A stretch of DNA of 64,000 nt from Microthyrium microscopicum (taxonomy: Eukaryota): assembly GCA_010405405.1 (NCBI GenBank), contig MU004232.1, positions 7,540 through 71,539 of the forward strand. Reading direction: 5' to 3'. Below, one piece after another: positions 28,400 through 40,674 of this stretch. The notes under the pieces were generated by a model, which was not told where the DNA came from, ran no database searches, and saw nothing but the letters and a program-made list of their open reading frames with translations. Made by a program: the position numbers and the translations under genes. Within the stretch, counting starts at the first letter, position 1. Every line of letters begins with the position of its first letter.

Positions 28400-31300
28400 T
28401 AAGTAATGATAACTTATATTAAAAATTAATATAGTACTTTAGCTAAAAGATTTCTTAAGAAACTTCTTAGAGAGCTTATTTATTAAATTAAGTATAAATA
28501 ATAAATAATTATAAAATAATTATTATAATTCTATATATAAAGTATAGAAAGTAGCTAACTTAACTTATTTATATCTAGCATAATATATATAAACTAAAAA
28601 GTATTTTCTAATAACTAACTCTAGCCTAAATCTAATTAAAGAATATAAAAGAAAGTATTAGTTAGTAAAAGAAATAGACGCAAGTAATTAAACTTAATAA
28701 AAAAAAGAACTAAATATTCTAAAATATAATATACTAGATTATAATAAATAAATAGCAAAGCTTAATAATAAGTAAAAGCTAGAAAAAATAGTAGACTATT
28801 TTAAGAAAAAAATCTAGTAAAGACTAGTTATTTTTAGGATAATAAATAAAGAAAAGTAGAATACTTAAGATTTAATAGACGAATTAAATAAAATATAAAA
28901 GCGCCTTAACCTATATCTAAGAGTTCTTATTTAATACGAAATATTTATATTTCTAATCTATTAAGGTTAAGTATAAAAGTATATAGTTATATATAACTTA
29001 GATTCTACTAAACTCTAAGAATAAAAATATATAAATTAAGCTAATATTAAAACTATTTTTAATTAGTAATAAGCTAATATATATAAGTTCCTATATATCT
29101 TAAATAATATAAGAGAAGCTACTTATTATACTTAACTCTATATAGAGAACGTAATTTCTCCTAATTACTAACTTAAGATACTTAACGCTTAGTATAGTTT
29201 ACTATTATACTAATAAGTTAATATAAAAAATAACTTAAAATTTAAAAATAATAACTCTTTTCTCTAATAAGTAGAATATATTTTATAGGTATAAATATAT
29301 AAAAAAGATAAAGAAGAGTTAAATATTTTAATACTCTAAAGTAAAGTAGTAAATTTAAAAAGAATTAAATAACTTTAATTATATTAAGATATAACTAATT
29401 CCTATATAACTATTATAGAATCTTCTATTACTATTTATAAGCAAAAAGTCTAAGTTTAAGTAAATAGATTACTAGTTAAACTAGTAGCTAAATAAGTTTA
29501 ATTTAACTTAATAGCTACTAGTAAAGAAGATAAAGTTATTCCTAAGCTAGAAACTATTACTATATTCTAAAATCTACTAGTTAGGATTAATAATTTAATA
29601 TTACTATCCTTTATATAACCTTTCTTATAAGAAGAGATAGAAAGTAGAGCCTCTTTATTATATTAGAAAATAAAGCAAATTAATAAAAATTTAATTCCTT
29701 TAAGCTTATTTAATTTAGAAGTAGAACTAGGTTTATTACTAAACTTTTTAATAAAAGATATATATACTACTATATAAGCTCTTAAGAATGCTTAAATATA
29801 ATAAGAATAACTAAAAAACGAGCTAAAGAAAAAAATAAAATTAAAGATAATATATAGCTTAGATTAGGATAAAGATAAGTACTATATATTAAAAGAATAA
29901 CTATAGAATTATATAGATAGTAAAATTCTATAAATATAGCTTTATAAATTTAATATAGAAATTAAATATTTTAAGATAGATTTAGGAATTTTATTAGTAG
30001 TAAAATATTCTTTATAACTAAAGCCTTCCCTAGAAATCGTAGTTACTATTAAAATAATTATATAATACTATATATTAAAGAAGAATAAAAATAAGATAAG
30101 TCTTTAGAAGCTAAATATCTTTATTAAATATCTAATCTAGATAAGAACTTAAGTTTAACTTTAATATAACTATAAAACAATAAGAGGTTAATTAGTTTAT
30201 AAGAATTAGGAATACTACTATTTTTTATAATAAGGTTAAATTATAATTAGTAGGCTCCTTTAAGTATATATAAGACGCCTAGAGCTAATTAAACTATTAC
30301 TAAAATTTTATAAGATCTATATAAGTAATAGAGTAATTTAAGAACTTATATATAAAAAGAAGAATTTAAATTTTATTAGTAAATTACTAGTACTACTAAA
30401 TAATACTAAGTATTTTACTTAGTATAAAAAAATTATAAAGCTATTCTATAATACTAAGAATAAATTTATAATTACTCTTCTAGAATAAGTAGTTTAAAAT
30501 ATATTTACCTATCTTAGACTAGAAGGCTTTAATTTTATTAATATTATATATAATAATCTACTTTAGTATTAGTAAAATATAATATTTATTATTAAAAATA
30601 AAAAAGTTACGTATTAAGACTTAAGACTAGACTATCTTAAAAATACTTAGAAATAGCTAATAGATATAGCTAATAAGATAGCTATAACTAAGTTTAATTA
30701 AAACTTAATACTAAAATAAGTTTAAAAGTAAATAATAGAACGTAATAAATAAGTTTAATAGTACGTTAAGGCCTTACTATAAGAAAATAATACTATTTAA
30801 TAATAACGTAATAAACTTATAGACTATATAATAAAGTACTTAGATTATTTACTATTAAACTACTTTCTTAATAATCTACTAGTTTAGTCTACTCTATTTA
30901 TAAGTAAATATAAAAATAAATAGTAGTATAATAATAATTATCTACTATAGCTATAAGATTATATAAATATTAACTTTAGTAGTAACTAAATAAATAATAA
31001 TAAAAAAAATTATAATTATAATAATTAATTTAAATTCTATACTAATAAACTACTTAAAGAAACTAAGTACTATAATAAACTATTAAATAATACGCCTTAA
31101 TTAATAATAGTATCTTAAGAGAATAATATTATATTTAAAAAAGTACTAGTTAAAATATCTACTTTAGTTAACTACTTTATTATAAAGAAAGTTATAATAA
31201 ATAATTAATATAAAGATTATAATAATCCTAAGAAATATAAATACTTTAATAATTTAGAGGCTAAATAACTACTTAATAAAGTTAAGTAGTAAAATCTATC

Positions 31301-31790
31301 TATATAATAGGTTTATAATAATATAATTTAATAAAAAGATATATAGCTTTATAGTCTTTAGTTTATATATTATCTAATATAGTAAAAATATAATTAGATA
31401 AGCTTCTTATTCTTAAAGCTAGTAATATTTTTTAATACTATACTACTAATTATTTATAACTTACTATAACTCTTACTTACTTTATAATAAAATAAAGTTA
31501 AGAACCTAAATATAAGTACTTATTATCTAATACTATATTTAATATATATAAAAATATATAAGATTTTTTATAAAAAGGAATAGCTTAAAGAAAAATATAA
31601 CTTATTATTAACTATTTAATCTAAATAGGAACTATTTCTAAATAATATACTAAAGGATAGTAAAAAAAAAAATAAAGGTACTAAAAAAGAAAGTAAGAAA
31701 ACTAAAGGTAGTAAGTTTACTAAAACTAATAAAAAGGAAATTAAGTAATAAAAAATTTATTAATAAAAGATTTATTTATATATAAAGTTA
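28400..31790 (+). pseudogene. Relic of a long extra ORF of unknown function between integrase and 3' LTR
   Basis: One + frame can be read for several kb with GAA/AAG/GAT-rich codon-like structure; stops are TAA/TAG (typical RIP products); K-rich end. Confidence 0.45.
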
Positions 31791-31826
31791 AAATTATATC
31801 TTAATCTTTATTATTTATAAAATAGT

Positions 31827-32068
31827 TAATAGCTAGATTACTAACTTATAATCCTTAGTACTATATAGACTTAATAATATGAACTATATTTAAAGGTATA
31901 AAAATAGATAAGATCTTAACTTACTTTAATTATTAAAATATACGTTATATAGCTAAATTAAGTATGTTTTCTATATCCGATTTATATCCTCTTATTCTCT
32001 AGATTCTACGACGTACGTTTGAACGCACAGTGGAAGCGCTAGGCTGTTTAGAGGTTCACACATAAACA
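31827..32068 (+). repeat. 3' LTR (left part RIPed, last ~100 bp unmutated)
   Basis: Aligns to 8958-9199; ends ...CACACATAAACA, followed by GGGTT. Confidence 0.9.
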
Positions 32069-32193
32069 GGGTTCTTTGACAGCTTGAAAGCCGCCTCTCT
32101 TGTTCTTGTTCCGATACTCAAACACCACACATCAGTTGAGAGCTTGGGAATAGACACACGTGGTCCATATATGTGCTGTGTCCGACAGCCACG

Positions 32194-33142
32194 ATGAACG
32201 GGCAGACTTTTCCAGATTGGCTGCGACTGTAAGTCTCAACGCAGTGAAGATGTTTGAGGCGACTGCTAAGACAACCAGTTCAGTCTTTTACTGATATTTT
32301 CTCTTCTATCTTTTCTACCTCAAATTGAGCGGATTGTATCACGCAAAGAGTGCAGCATCTTGGCTCCTAACTATATCCTCTTCAACCTCATTACTGCTAC
32401 TGAGCACTTCGCCTTTTACCTTCTTTTCATTATTGACTACCCTCCACCGACCGATGAGCCACATGATGACTTACTAGTTGGCAGTCCACCTTCAACAGGC
32501 GACTATTTGAATTTGGCCCAGTTCGCTCTTACCGCTCTTTACCATTTAACATTGTAAGTACAAAAATCGTGCGTATGTCTGTCAAATCGAACTAAATCAT
32601 CATCACTCAGATTTGGGCTGTACCTGTACTTCCCTCAACATGGTTCAAGAACAGGATTTTCGAAAAGTAGTATGGTTGCATTGTACTTATGCTTCCTTTC
32701 CATATCCGTCATGCCAGTACTCCTAGAGCTCCCAAACAAACCACCTCAAAAGGGGGGAAGCATGAGTTTTTTTGGCGCCATGATTGCGGGACCTCATGCC
32801 CACATCGTCCACCCGCTTGTCACTGCATTTGCATCCGCCTCACTGGCACCTCAACTTCGTGCAATTCGGGCTGGTCCAGGCCCGGGAGCACTTAGCATTC
32901 CTAGCTTGTTGCTGCAATCGGTCACGTTTACGTTGCTTGCATTGAGCTGGATGATTCGCCTGCCTTTACCACGGGGCTATACTTTCATTCCCTGGTGGTA
33001 TTGGTATGCCTTGGTAGGATGGGCGGCAGTAGATGATGCCATATTTGCTATATACCAGGGCGTGTTGTGGTGGACGGCTAGTAGCCATGGAATCGCGCAG
33101 ATGGTGAGCGAGGCACAGCCGTTACTGAGCACACCAGGGTGA
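32194..33142 (+). CDS. PQ-loop-type multi-pass membrane protein (3 exons)
   Basis: ATG 32194, GT-AG introns ~32229-32278 and ~32553-32610; two PQ motifs (SFLPQI, LAPQL) each followed by hydrophobic helices. Confidence 0.7.
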
Positions 33143-33183
33143 AGCCTCGTTGTTGTAATTATTGCAGGTGAAGTAAGTTGTTG

Positions 33184-33573
33184 CTAGGTAACATGGAATA
33201 ATAATATAATGCAGTTACTGATAGACTTAAAAGGACACTGCGTGCAGGCTACTCCAGGCTGCATAGCAAGGTGCGGGTGAGAGGAAGAGTTGTCTGGACG
33301 AAGATCAAGAGCATTGGGATCATGAAGTTGAAGAGAGCTTATGAATAAACGTAAGCCTTTGCGGGCTCTAGCAGACACTGAAGGCTTCTCAGCAAGATGC
33401 TTTGACACTCTTTCTCCCAAGGGTTTCAGAGCGTACTTGCATGTTGTGCATATAATTGTAGGTTCAGGAGTATTGAGGTAGAGTCCTAGAGTAGCAAGTC
33501 GTGAGAATACATCATCCGAAGAAAGAGCATCCCAGCTCTGAAAGTCTTGCAAAGGAGTACTGGTAATGGTCAT
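33184..33573 (-). pseudogene. Truncated DUF3505/OrsD-like zinc-finger fragment, probable mobile-element relic
   Basis: IICTTCKYAL...VSKHL and GVACTQCPF match the two C2H2-like fingers of DUF3505; ORF stops right after the second CxxC. Confidence 0.65.
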
Positions 33574-33818
33574 GATCTTGTTTAGTTGTCAAATGCAGCT
33601 CAAAATTGGTTTTGGTAAGGTGAAATTGAATGGTGGTCGGTAAAGATGGATGGAAATGGAAAGAAATAGAATGTTTATTTCAAATATAGTCTCTTTTGAG
33701 GTTCGATCGGGAGTTAAAAATACTTGAGTAGGGTGGGTGGGCAGGATTCCAGAATGAACTCCCAAGTTGCTACGGAATGTCAAATCCCATTACTCTAAGA
33801 AACTAAAAGCCATAACAT

Positions 33819-34996
33819 CTAGACTGAAGATTGATACTCCGAGCTTTGCGCCTTTGATACAACTGATTGTGTTGCTTGTCTGGAATGATTTGGTGTAAGC
33901 TTCGAACCATTAGGTGTCTGCTTCGAATTATTGTTTGTAGTAGACATCCAACTTGATACCAGTGGTTTGAAGGTTCCAGCGGCAGTGGCAATCAAGCTGA
34001 CACCAACTTCAACAATAGTCCACATACAAATTGGCATATTGTCATACAAAAAGTCCTGAGCTCTCATTTTGTGAATATAAGGAATTCTAGCAATGGTTGC
34101 AATACTCGCACTGAAGACAAGTTAGCACACAAATTCAAGGATACGCCGAAAACTTACATTGAACCAATTGCCAGGAGGATAGAGATCGAAACTTTCTGCT
34201 TTCTTCGCATTTGCAACCTGGAGACCATGATTGTAGGTATGATTGCAAGGGCCATATCACATGTGGCCACCGAAACCCCATGTGCATATCTTGTCTTGAT
34301 GAGAACTTCGACATCTAAACAATGCCCACTCGTATCACCAAGTAGTCTTGTCCAGAAAAAGTGTATTGGGTGACAGTTGATCATTAAGGTAGTGAAGTAT
34401 ACAATCGTAATACTTATTGCCAAGCCAGCCACAGCATATATTGCGTAAATCTCGGCTTTTACGTTCGATATTCGAAGTAGTGTGGACGCAAACGATAGTT
34501 TAATGACGCAGGTAGCGAAAACGTAAAGGTTTTCGGCAATGAAAACATCCTTTCAATACAATCAGTCGGTATGTCCCAGAGCTATGCAAACCACAATTCG
34601 CACAGAATTGGTAAAGACAAGGAACAAAATGTTGACTTACTCTGATACCTCTAGCAAAAGCCTGGGGCTGAACACTCCAAACATGTCGAGCAAAAGCATC
34701 ATGAGCGAGACCGTTCATTAGAATGATGCAAAAACCGCTGTAGAGAAACTGGTTCAAAGCAGGTCACTTAGCAATGATTTGATCAAACAAAGCACTAAAG
34801 ACTTTGAAAAGGGTAGAAACTATACCAGAGCAGCTACAGCAAGGTAATCATCTACTCCCAAATGAGAATAACGAATCCTTGTATAACATCTTGTAGCAAC
34901 GAAACACCAGCTAAGAGTAAAAAATATGCTGAGTGTAGCTGCAACTTCAGGAATTCTGGTGTGAGTTGAAATGCTTGATGATATTGGAGCTGACAT
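33819..34996 (-). CDS. PTH11-like fungal rhodopsin-domain integral membrane protein (no CFEM), ~4 exons
   Basis: ATG 34996; RCYTR..LGVDDYL, IKLSF...LLRI, NCHPIHFFW...GHC, DMALAIIP, LQMRRKQK, WTIVEVGVSLIA motifs. Confidence 0.85.
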
Positions 34997-35295
34997 GTTA
35001 AATGATGCTGAGGCTAGTACTCAAGACTATGAAAGATTTGAAGGCCGGTCTTCGAAAGGGATAACAATTGCTGATATATAGCAAGTCGTTCAGTGGGAGT
35101 TGGAATACGTCGGTCCCAAAATTTAGGCGTAGCAGTGGCAGGACCCCTGATGTTTGCAGCTCGAAATCCTTCGAAAGAGTCGTGAATTGCAAAGCTCAAT
35201 CTGTATTAGGTAAAATGGCTAAAAAAAGGAGAACAGCAATGAATCATAGGAATTGACTAGAGGAAAAGGATGGTACGCTGTTACTGACAGTACCA

Positions 35296-37077
35296 ATGGC
35301 CAGCCTCCCTACTTCACTACAGGAGCATTCGAATGAAACCGTCAAGAATATAAGTCAGGTAGGAAACTTGATTGCCCAGACAAATCGAAATATTGTTTTC
35401 TATTCCCAAAGCAAACAAATTGATCTAGGAGGTAGTCAAGTCAAGACAGAAAAACCATCAAAGTGCCATACTCATGGCTTTGAGTTGTATCATCCAGTGA
35501 AGATGGAACAGCAGGTTTGAAAAAAGCATGCCGTTTTGGTTTTTAGCTCAAAGAAAACCTACTTCAAAACAATTGTAATTCTTAGAGAGCGTTTTTAGCT
35601 ATACTAACATCTATTAAATAGCCCAAAATCCGATATCTTGGCCAACAAGTCGTAAGGTGTTTGTTACGTAGCTATCATGTCTCTCAACATTCTTCACCAC
35701 ATACACGCCCGGCGCCTATACTGCTGGTTTGGACCAATACAAAATGGAATGGCAAATTAGCACCACTGCAGTATATGCTGGTATTACAACTTTCACAATG
35801 TGCTTTGCTGTTGCCGCTATGGTTTTAGCACCGTTTTCTGAACTCCAAGGACGCAGACCTGTTTTCCTGGTTGCCGGTGTTGTGTACTGTATCTCTCAGA
35901 TTGGCTCAGGCGCTACAATGTCATTTGTTGGAATGCTGGTTACACGCGCGATAGCAGGATTCTCATGCTCGGTGTTTTCGACAATGGTGGGCGGCGTTAT
36001 TAGCGACATCTACATCTCCAAGGAGCGCAACACTGCGATGGCAATATTCTCGGGAACAGCTCTTGCTGGTGCAGCATTGGGGCCCATGATATCGGGGATC
36101 ATTGCACAGCATTTGAATTGGCGCTGGATATTCTATTTGCAAACAATCACTTGCGCTATAACAGTTTTTGCACTGTTCCTGGGTTTTCCGGAGACAAGAG
36201 GTAGTGTGCTACTCAGTCAAAAGACGCAAGCTCTGAACAGATGGTATGAAGAAGTTGAAAAGCAGCCATATCATAAGCCAGACGAGAATACAGGCAATGA
36301 AGGTCGAGGAACCGATGTTAGCATCCCTGTATGTCATGGACTGCGTTGGAAAGTGAAGGAAGATGAAGATCGTGCATTTATTGCAATACTTATCCGCATA
36401 TCGCTGACTCGACCACTTTTTCTTCTTTTTGCCGAGGGCATCGTCTTTTGGCTCTCCTTGTGGATGGCGTTTGCATGGACAATTGTATATCCGACCTTCG
36501 AGGCCCTTCCACTCATGTTTAGTGCGACGTATAGATTCGACAATCAGGCCAACGGTTTGGCTTTTCTTGCAGTGCAGTTGCCTCCATATTATCTGCTATT
36601 TTGGCGGTTTGGCAAGAATCGTCATTGCCTCGAATCGAATGGCTACCCGGCAATTTAAGAGACAAGCCGGAGCGACGACTCTATTTCTCTTGCTTTCAAA
36701 GCCTACTTCTACCTGTCGGTCTCTTCTGGCTGGAAACAACGATGAGACCTTCTATTCCTTGGATTGTACCGGTGCTTGCATTTGATTGTTTGACCATTGG
36801 AATATTCAGCGTCTACCTGGCAGTGTTCAATTATCTGGCTGACACTTACCATGCTTATGCAAGGTCGGCCATTGCCGCGCAGAGCTTCACCAGAAATGTC
36901 TTTGCAGCATGCTTGCCACTGGCAACAGCGCCCATGTTCAGCGATCTGGGATTTCTGAATGCAGGCTGCTTGTTGGGTGCTGCGGATATTGCTTTGAGTG
37001 CAGTTCCATGGGCGTTAGTACTTTGGGGCGAAAAAATAAGGCGGAGGAGCAAGATTGCCAGTCAATCAGCAGAATGA
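35296..37077 (+). pseudogene. MFS drug:H+ antiporter (DHA1-type) pseudogene
   Basis: NPISWPTSRK, APFSELQGRRPV, WRWIF, PETR, PERRL, YLADTY motifs; in-frame TAG at 35669-35671 and frameshift near 36570. Confidence 0.85.
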
Positions 37078-38114
37078 TTCTTAGGCTGTATTCAATATAG
37101 AATCCGTTCTCATCAGGTCTGACTTACTCCTCGAGCTGCCAGTGTGTTACCTGAAGCATTAACGATGCGGACATGGCTTTGAGGGGAGCAAGTCTTCGAT
37201 CGCCCAAGACATCAGATTTAGGACTAGAAATTGAGAGAGATGATGGCCCAGATCAGTCTCTGGTCGTTGAGTGCTCTAGAGTAGAATGTGACCGTCTCTT
37301 CGAACGTTGAAGTAAAAGGGAGACGCGAGAAGAAAGTAGCCTCCCATTTAGGTCTAGCGCCGAGCAACCATAGCAACCTCCTTTTCTTCAACTTCTCCGT
37401 AAACAATAAACCTGCATCATCAACATGTCGCGCCCAACACCATCTTGATCTTAGGATGCCATTACCATCGTGAGAGATCGTTTGCTCGCCCATAAGTCCA
37501 TTGGCGCTGCATCTGCAATTGAGATCGTCAGCGGATTGCGGCCAGGACAAACAGCTGTATCAAAAGGTGAATCATCAATGTAGTAAGAAACCAGCAATAT
37601 GATCAAGAGATCCACCGCAACGCGAAACCATAGAGGATATATGCACGCGATTAGTGCGTCTTTAATCGAGTTGTTGGTATTTACACAGTATGGATTTACG
37701 ACTTGCTGCTCCACTCTGAATGACCTCATACCGCAGTACGCAACCTGCGAATAAATGCAACTCGCCACATAATCCTTAGATAGGAGACGGCGGTATTAAT
37801 TAGCAGTAACTAAAGAGCGATCAAGTGCTTTTATCCTCCACTGCTCTAGGTATCCGAAACCAGGATTTAACTAATTACGAATTTATGCCACACGAAGATA
37901 TGGATGTGAAAACAAGATGCGATGCTAACTTGGTAAGTTGGTAGTACGCGCTACTCCAACACTTATGACGACGCTTTCCCAGCGCCGCTTCTGTAAAACC
38001 TCACCTACTACTCTACTCCCTTGAACGTTGACATTTGTTTCTAACAATTCAGTTTTCGAGCGAAATTTGAGAGCCGGTTTTCAAGAAAAGACATTACATC
38101 TCTTGGTAGTCGTC

Positions 38115-39675
38115 ATGTCCAATATGGAACAGGAAATCCCACACAAACACCAAGTTCACCGGTATGTCTCTTAGTTCCAGACATGTTGGCCCAAGAATAA
38201 TCCCATTTGACAATTACAGAGTCGGCAATTGGCTGCCAAATGACCATCGTGTACATGATAAATGGCTATCCGAGGTCATCGATCATGTCGGCCAAAATCC
38301 CAAGAACTTACACCCAGTCCTTCAAGAATTTGAGAAGCTCATCGAAAACAACACGAGAGTTTACTTGCTAGTGCAATCAATGTTCCAGCAGGTTCCCAAA
38401 AAAGCGCCATACAACAAAGATCCCACTGGTTCTTTCGCTAGGATCAAAGATTACAAGGTTCGTGTCTTATCCCGCTTTTACTTCAATCCGCCATTCTCTT
38501 CCCAGCACATATGACATTCAGGTTAGGATTTTGCTCAGATATAAAACGAGGCCCGAGCATCTCATTTGCCTTCTCTCGACTATTTTTTTCACACGTTCAC
38601 AGCCATGCTAACACCTAGATAGCATATGCTGCATGTTCTGAACCATTTGATGACCACGGCTCCTACTTGGACTGATAAGGCGGACCGAATGGGTATGGTA
38701 GGCCTCCCCATCAATGCCATTTTCGATTGGCCTATGGGTACACCAAGTGGCTTCGCCTTATTCCTCGATCCAGAAGTTAATGCCATGCTCAAAAAAATCC
38801 TCAACGTATGGGGTGACTTTCTCAAGTCTCCAGCCTCAACTTACGTATTGGAAAACAACTCAAATGCGTGGTTCGGCGATTTCGGAGTGAGTGAGCTAGC
38901 AAAGACTGCAAATCTGGGAGTTGGTACCAAGACTTTTGAGGAATTATATATCTGCGATTCTACGCAATCATATCATGGTTTTAAAAGCTGGGACGATTTC
39001 TTTACTCGCCTCTACCGTCCTGGTATACGACCTATCGCTTCGCCGGACAACGACGATGTCATCGCAAACGCATGCGAGTCGAAAACATACAAAGTCGCTC
39101 ATAACCTCAAAGCACGCGATCAGTTCTGGGTAAAAGGTCAGCCATATTCCGTCACAGACATGCTCGCCCAAGATCCATTAGCAGCCCAATTCGTAGGCGG
39201 AACCATCTATCAGGCATTCTTATCGGCACTAAGCTACCATCGTTGGCACTCCCCAGTCTCTGGCACAATCGTCAAAGCCTTTGTTCAGGATGGAACATAC
39301 TACTCAGAGCCGCTTTTCGAAGGGCTGGGAGATGCTGCAACTAAGACGCACGGCATCGATTTTCATGGAGAAGCAACAGGTCAGGGATACATTACTGCTG
39401 TGGCTACACGAGCAATCATCTTCATCAAAGCTAACAATCCCAAAATCGGGCTGATGGCTTTTATTGGTATAGGCATGAGCGAGGTTAGCACATGCGACAT
39501 TCAGGTGAAGGATGGACAGACGGTGAAGAAGGGCGATGAGTTGGGTATGTTCCACTTTGGTGGAAGCTCACATTGCTTGCTCTTTAGAAAGGATGTCAAG
39601 GTTGGTGGCTTTCCAGAGCCTGGTCGAGACCACAATGTCCCTGTACTGAGTCAGGTCGCGGTTGTTGAGGCATAA
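38115..39675 (+). CDS. Phosphatidylserine decarboxylase family protein with PsiD-like N-terminal domain (3 exons)
   Basis: GLPINAIFDWPMGTPSG, SWDDFFTR, YHRWHSPVSG and GMFHFGGSSH self-cleavage motif; introns ~38162-38219 and ~38458-38622. Confidence 0.9.
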
Positions 39676-40015
39676 ACTCGGTATACGCTTAGAAAAAGGC
39701 ATTGGTGGCAGCAATTCAAAACAGCATTTGGAATAACAGAACAGCATTTGAGCGCTCTCAATGTGTAAACTGTCGGCCAGAATTGGTGAGTACAATGAGA
39801 CTCACCAAATATGTGGTCAGGAACATTTGTGTGGGCCAAGTCATTGAGCACAATAAGAGTCCAAATTGACATATAGCAGGTGGCGCATAGCGCTATGCTC
39901 CCGGTACTTCCGCAAAGAAAATATATAAATATGATTCAGTCTCTAAATACATCACAGTGCAGGAGTAGTCCTAATTGTCTTTGGTAGCGGACAGTGATCG
40001 TGATCCCATTAACAA

Positions 40016-40674
40016 TCATAGGTACTCCCATGCACCAATACCTTGCACTGGCTCAGAAATCAGAACAAACCGCGTACAAGCATTTTTGTCTCCTTGTCCA
40101 CCAATTCTAATCGACCCTTTCTCGTCTTCATATTGTAACCATACCTGCCAAACATTCGAATCCTCGGGCAGATTACACATCCAAAAGGTATAGTATCGGT
40201 TCAATTGTGCAGTCGTAGCATTGACGATCAAGCCGGTAGTGAGAGAGCCTTCAGGTATGTTCCCGCTATGCGGTACGGTGTATTTAAGCAACCCATTCGG
40301 AGCAACATACACTGATTAGCAAGTCAGCTCGTGAATACCAAAGAATAATTCGCAATATCTTTGTGTCAAATACCTTGCTGTCCACCCGGCACCTCTGTGT
40401 TCATGAAGAGAGTTCCAGCTTGACCCCCAGCAACGAAGCTAGTTCCATTTCCTAATGGGCAGGTTGTGATATTGGCCACAGAATCAGGGCAATACGATTG
40501 TGTTGGCTTATGGATCCAGAATGAGCCGCCTGACGCATTAATAGCCGGAGCACCAAGTCCAGGGTAATTGGTGTAGTATGCGTGCAATTCGAATCCTGCT
40601 GGTGAAGGGGCTGCTAGAACACCACTGGCTGAAGCTATGAATGCGTATAAACGAAGCATGTGTATAGAAAACAT
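40016..40674 (-). CDS. Small secreted Cys-containing protein, IgE-binding-protein-like (2 exons)
   Basis: Signal peptide; INASGGSFWI..TQSYCP...CP.GN.T; VPGGQQ/YVAPNG.L.YT.PHS signature; ends GAWEYL. Confidence 0.8.

Larger units (their letters stand above)
1..31970. other. AT-rich, RIP-degenerated repeat compartment
   Basis: Very low GC, near absence of CpA/TpG, excess TpA, no ORFs in the supplied track, sharp transition to normal composition at ~31970-32070. Confidence 0.95.
8958..32068 (+). mobile_element. Giant RIP-inactivated Ty3/Gypsy LTR retrotransposon (~16.1 kb without the nested LINE)
   Basis: 242-bp direct repeats at a constant offset of 22869; GGGT(T) on both flanks; domain order PR-RT-RH-IN on + strand recovered from RIPed codons. 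Confidence 0.85.

Noticed and set aside
1..31970. Mitochondrial insert, AT-rich contaminant or alternative genetic code
   Set aside because: Dinucleotide bias and paired-LTR transitions are explained by RIP, and retroelement motifs are recoverable
1..31970. Centromere or telomere call
   Set aside because: Possible, but no TTAGGG arrays or other direct evidence; needs CenH3 ChIP or Hi-C
34905..34930. Apparent frameshift in exon 1 of the PTH11-like gene
   Set aside because: The A6 run encodes Phe-Phe and keeps the frame
37224..37768. Short ORFs between the MFS and decarboxylase genes, and antisense ORFs overlapping real genes elsewhere
   Set aside because: No recognisable motifs; consistent with shadow or random ORFs
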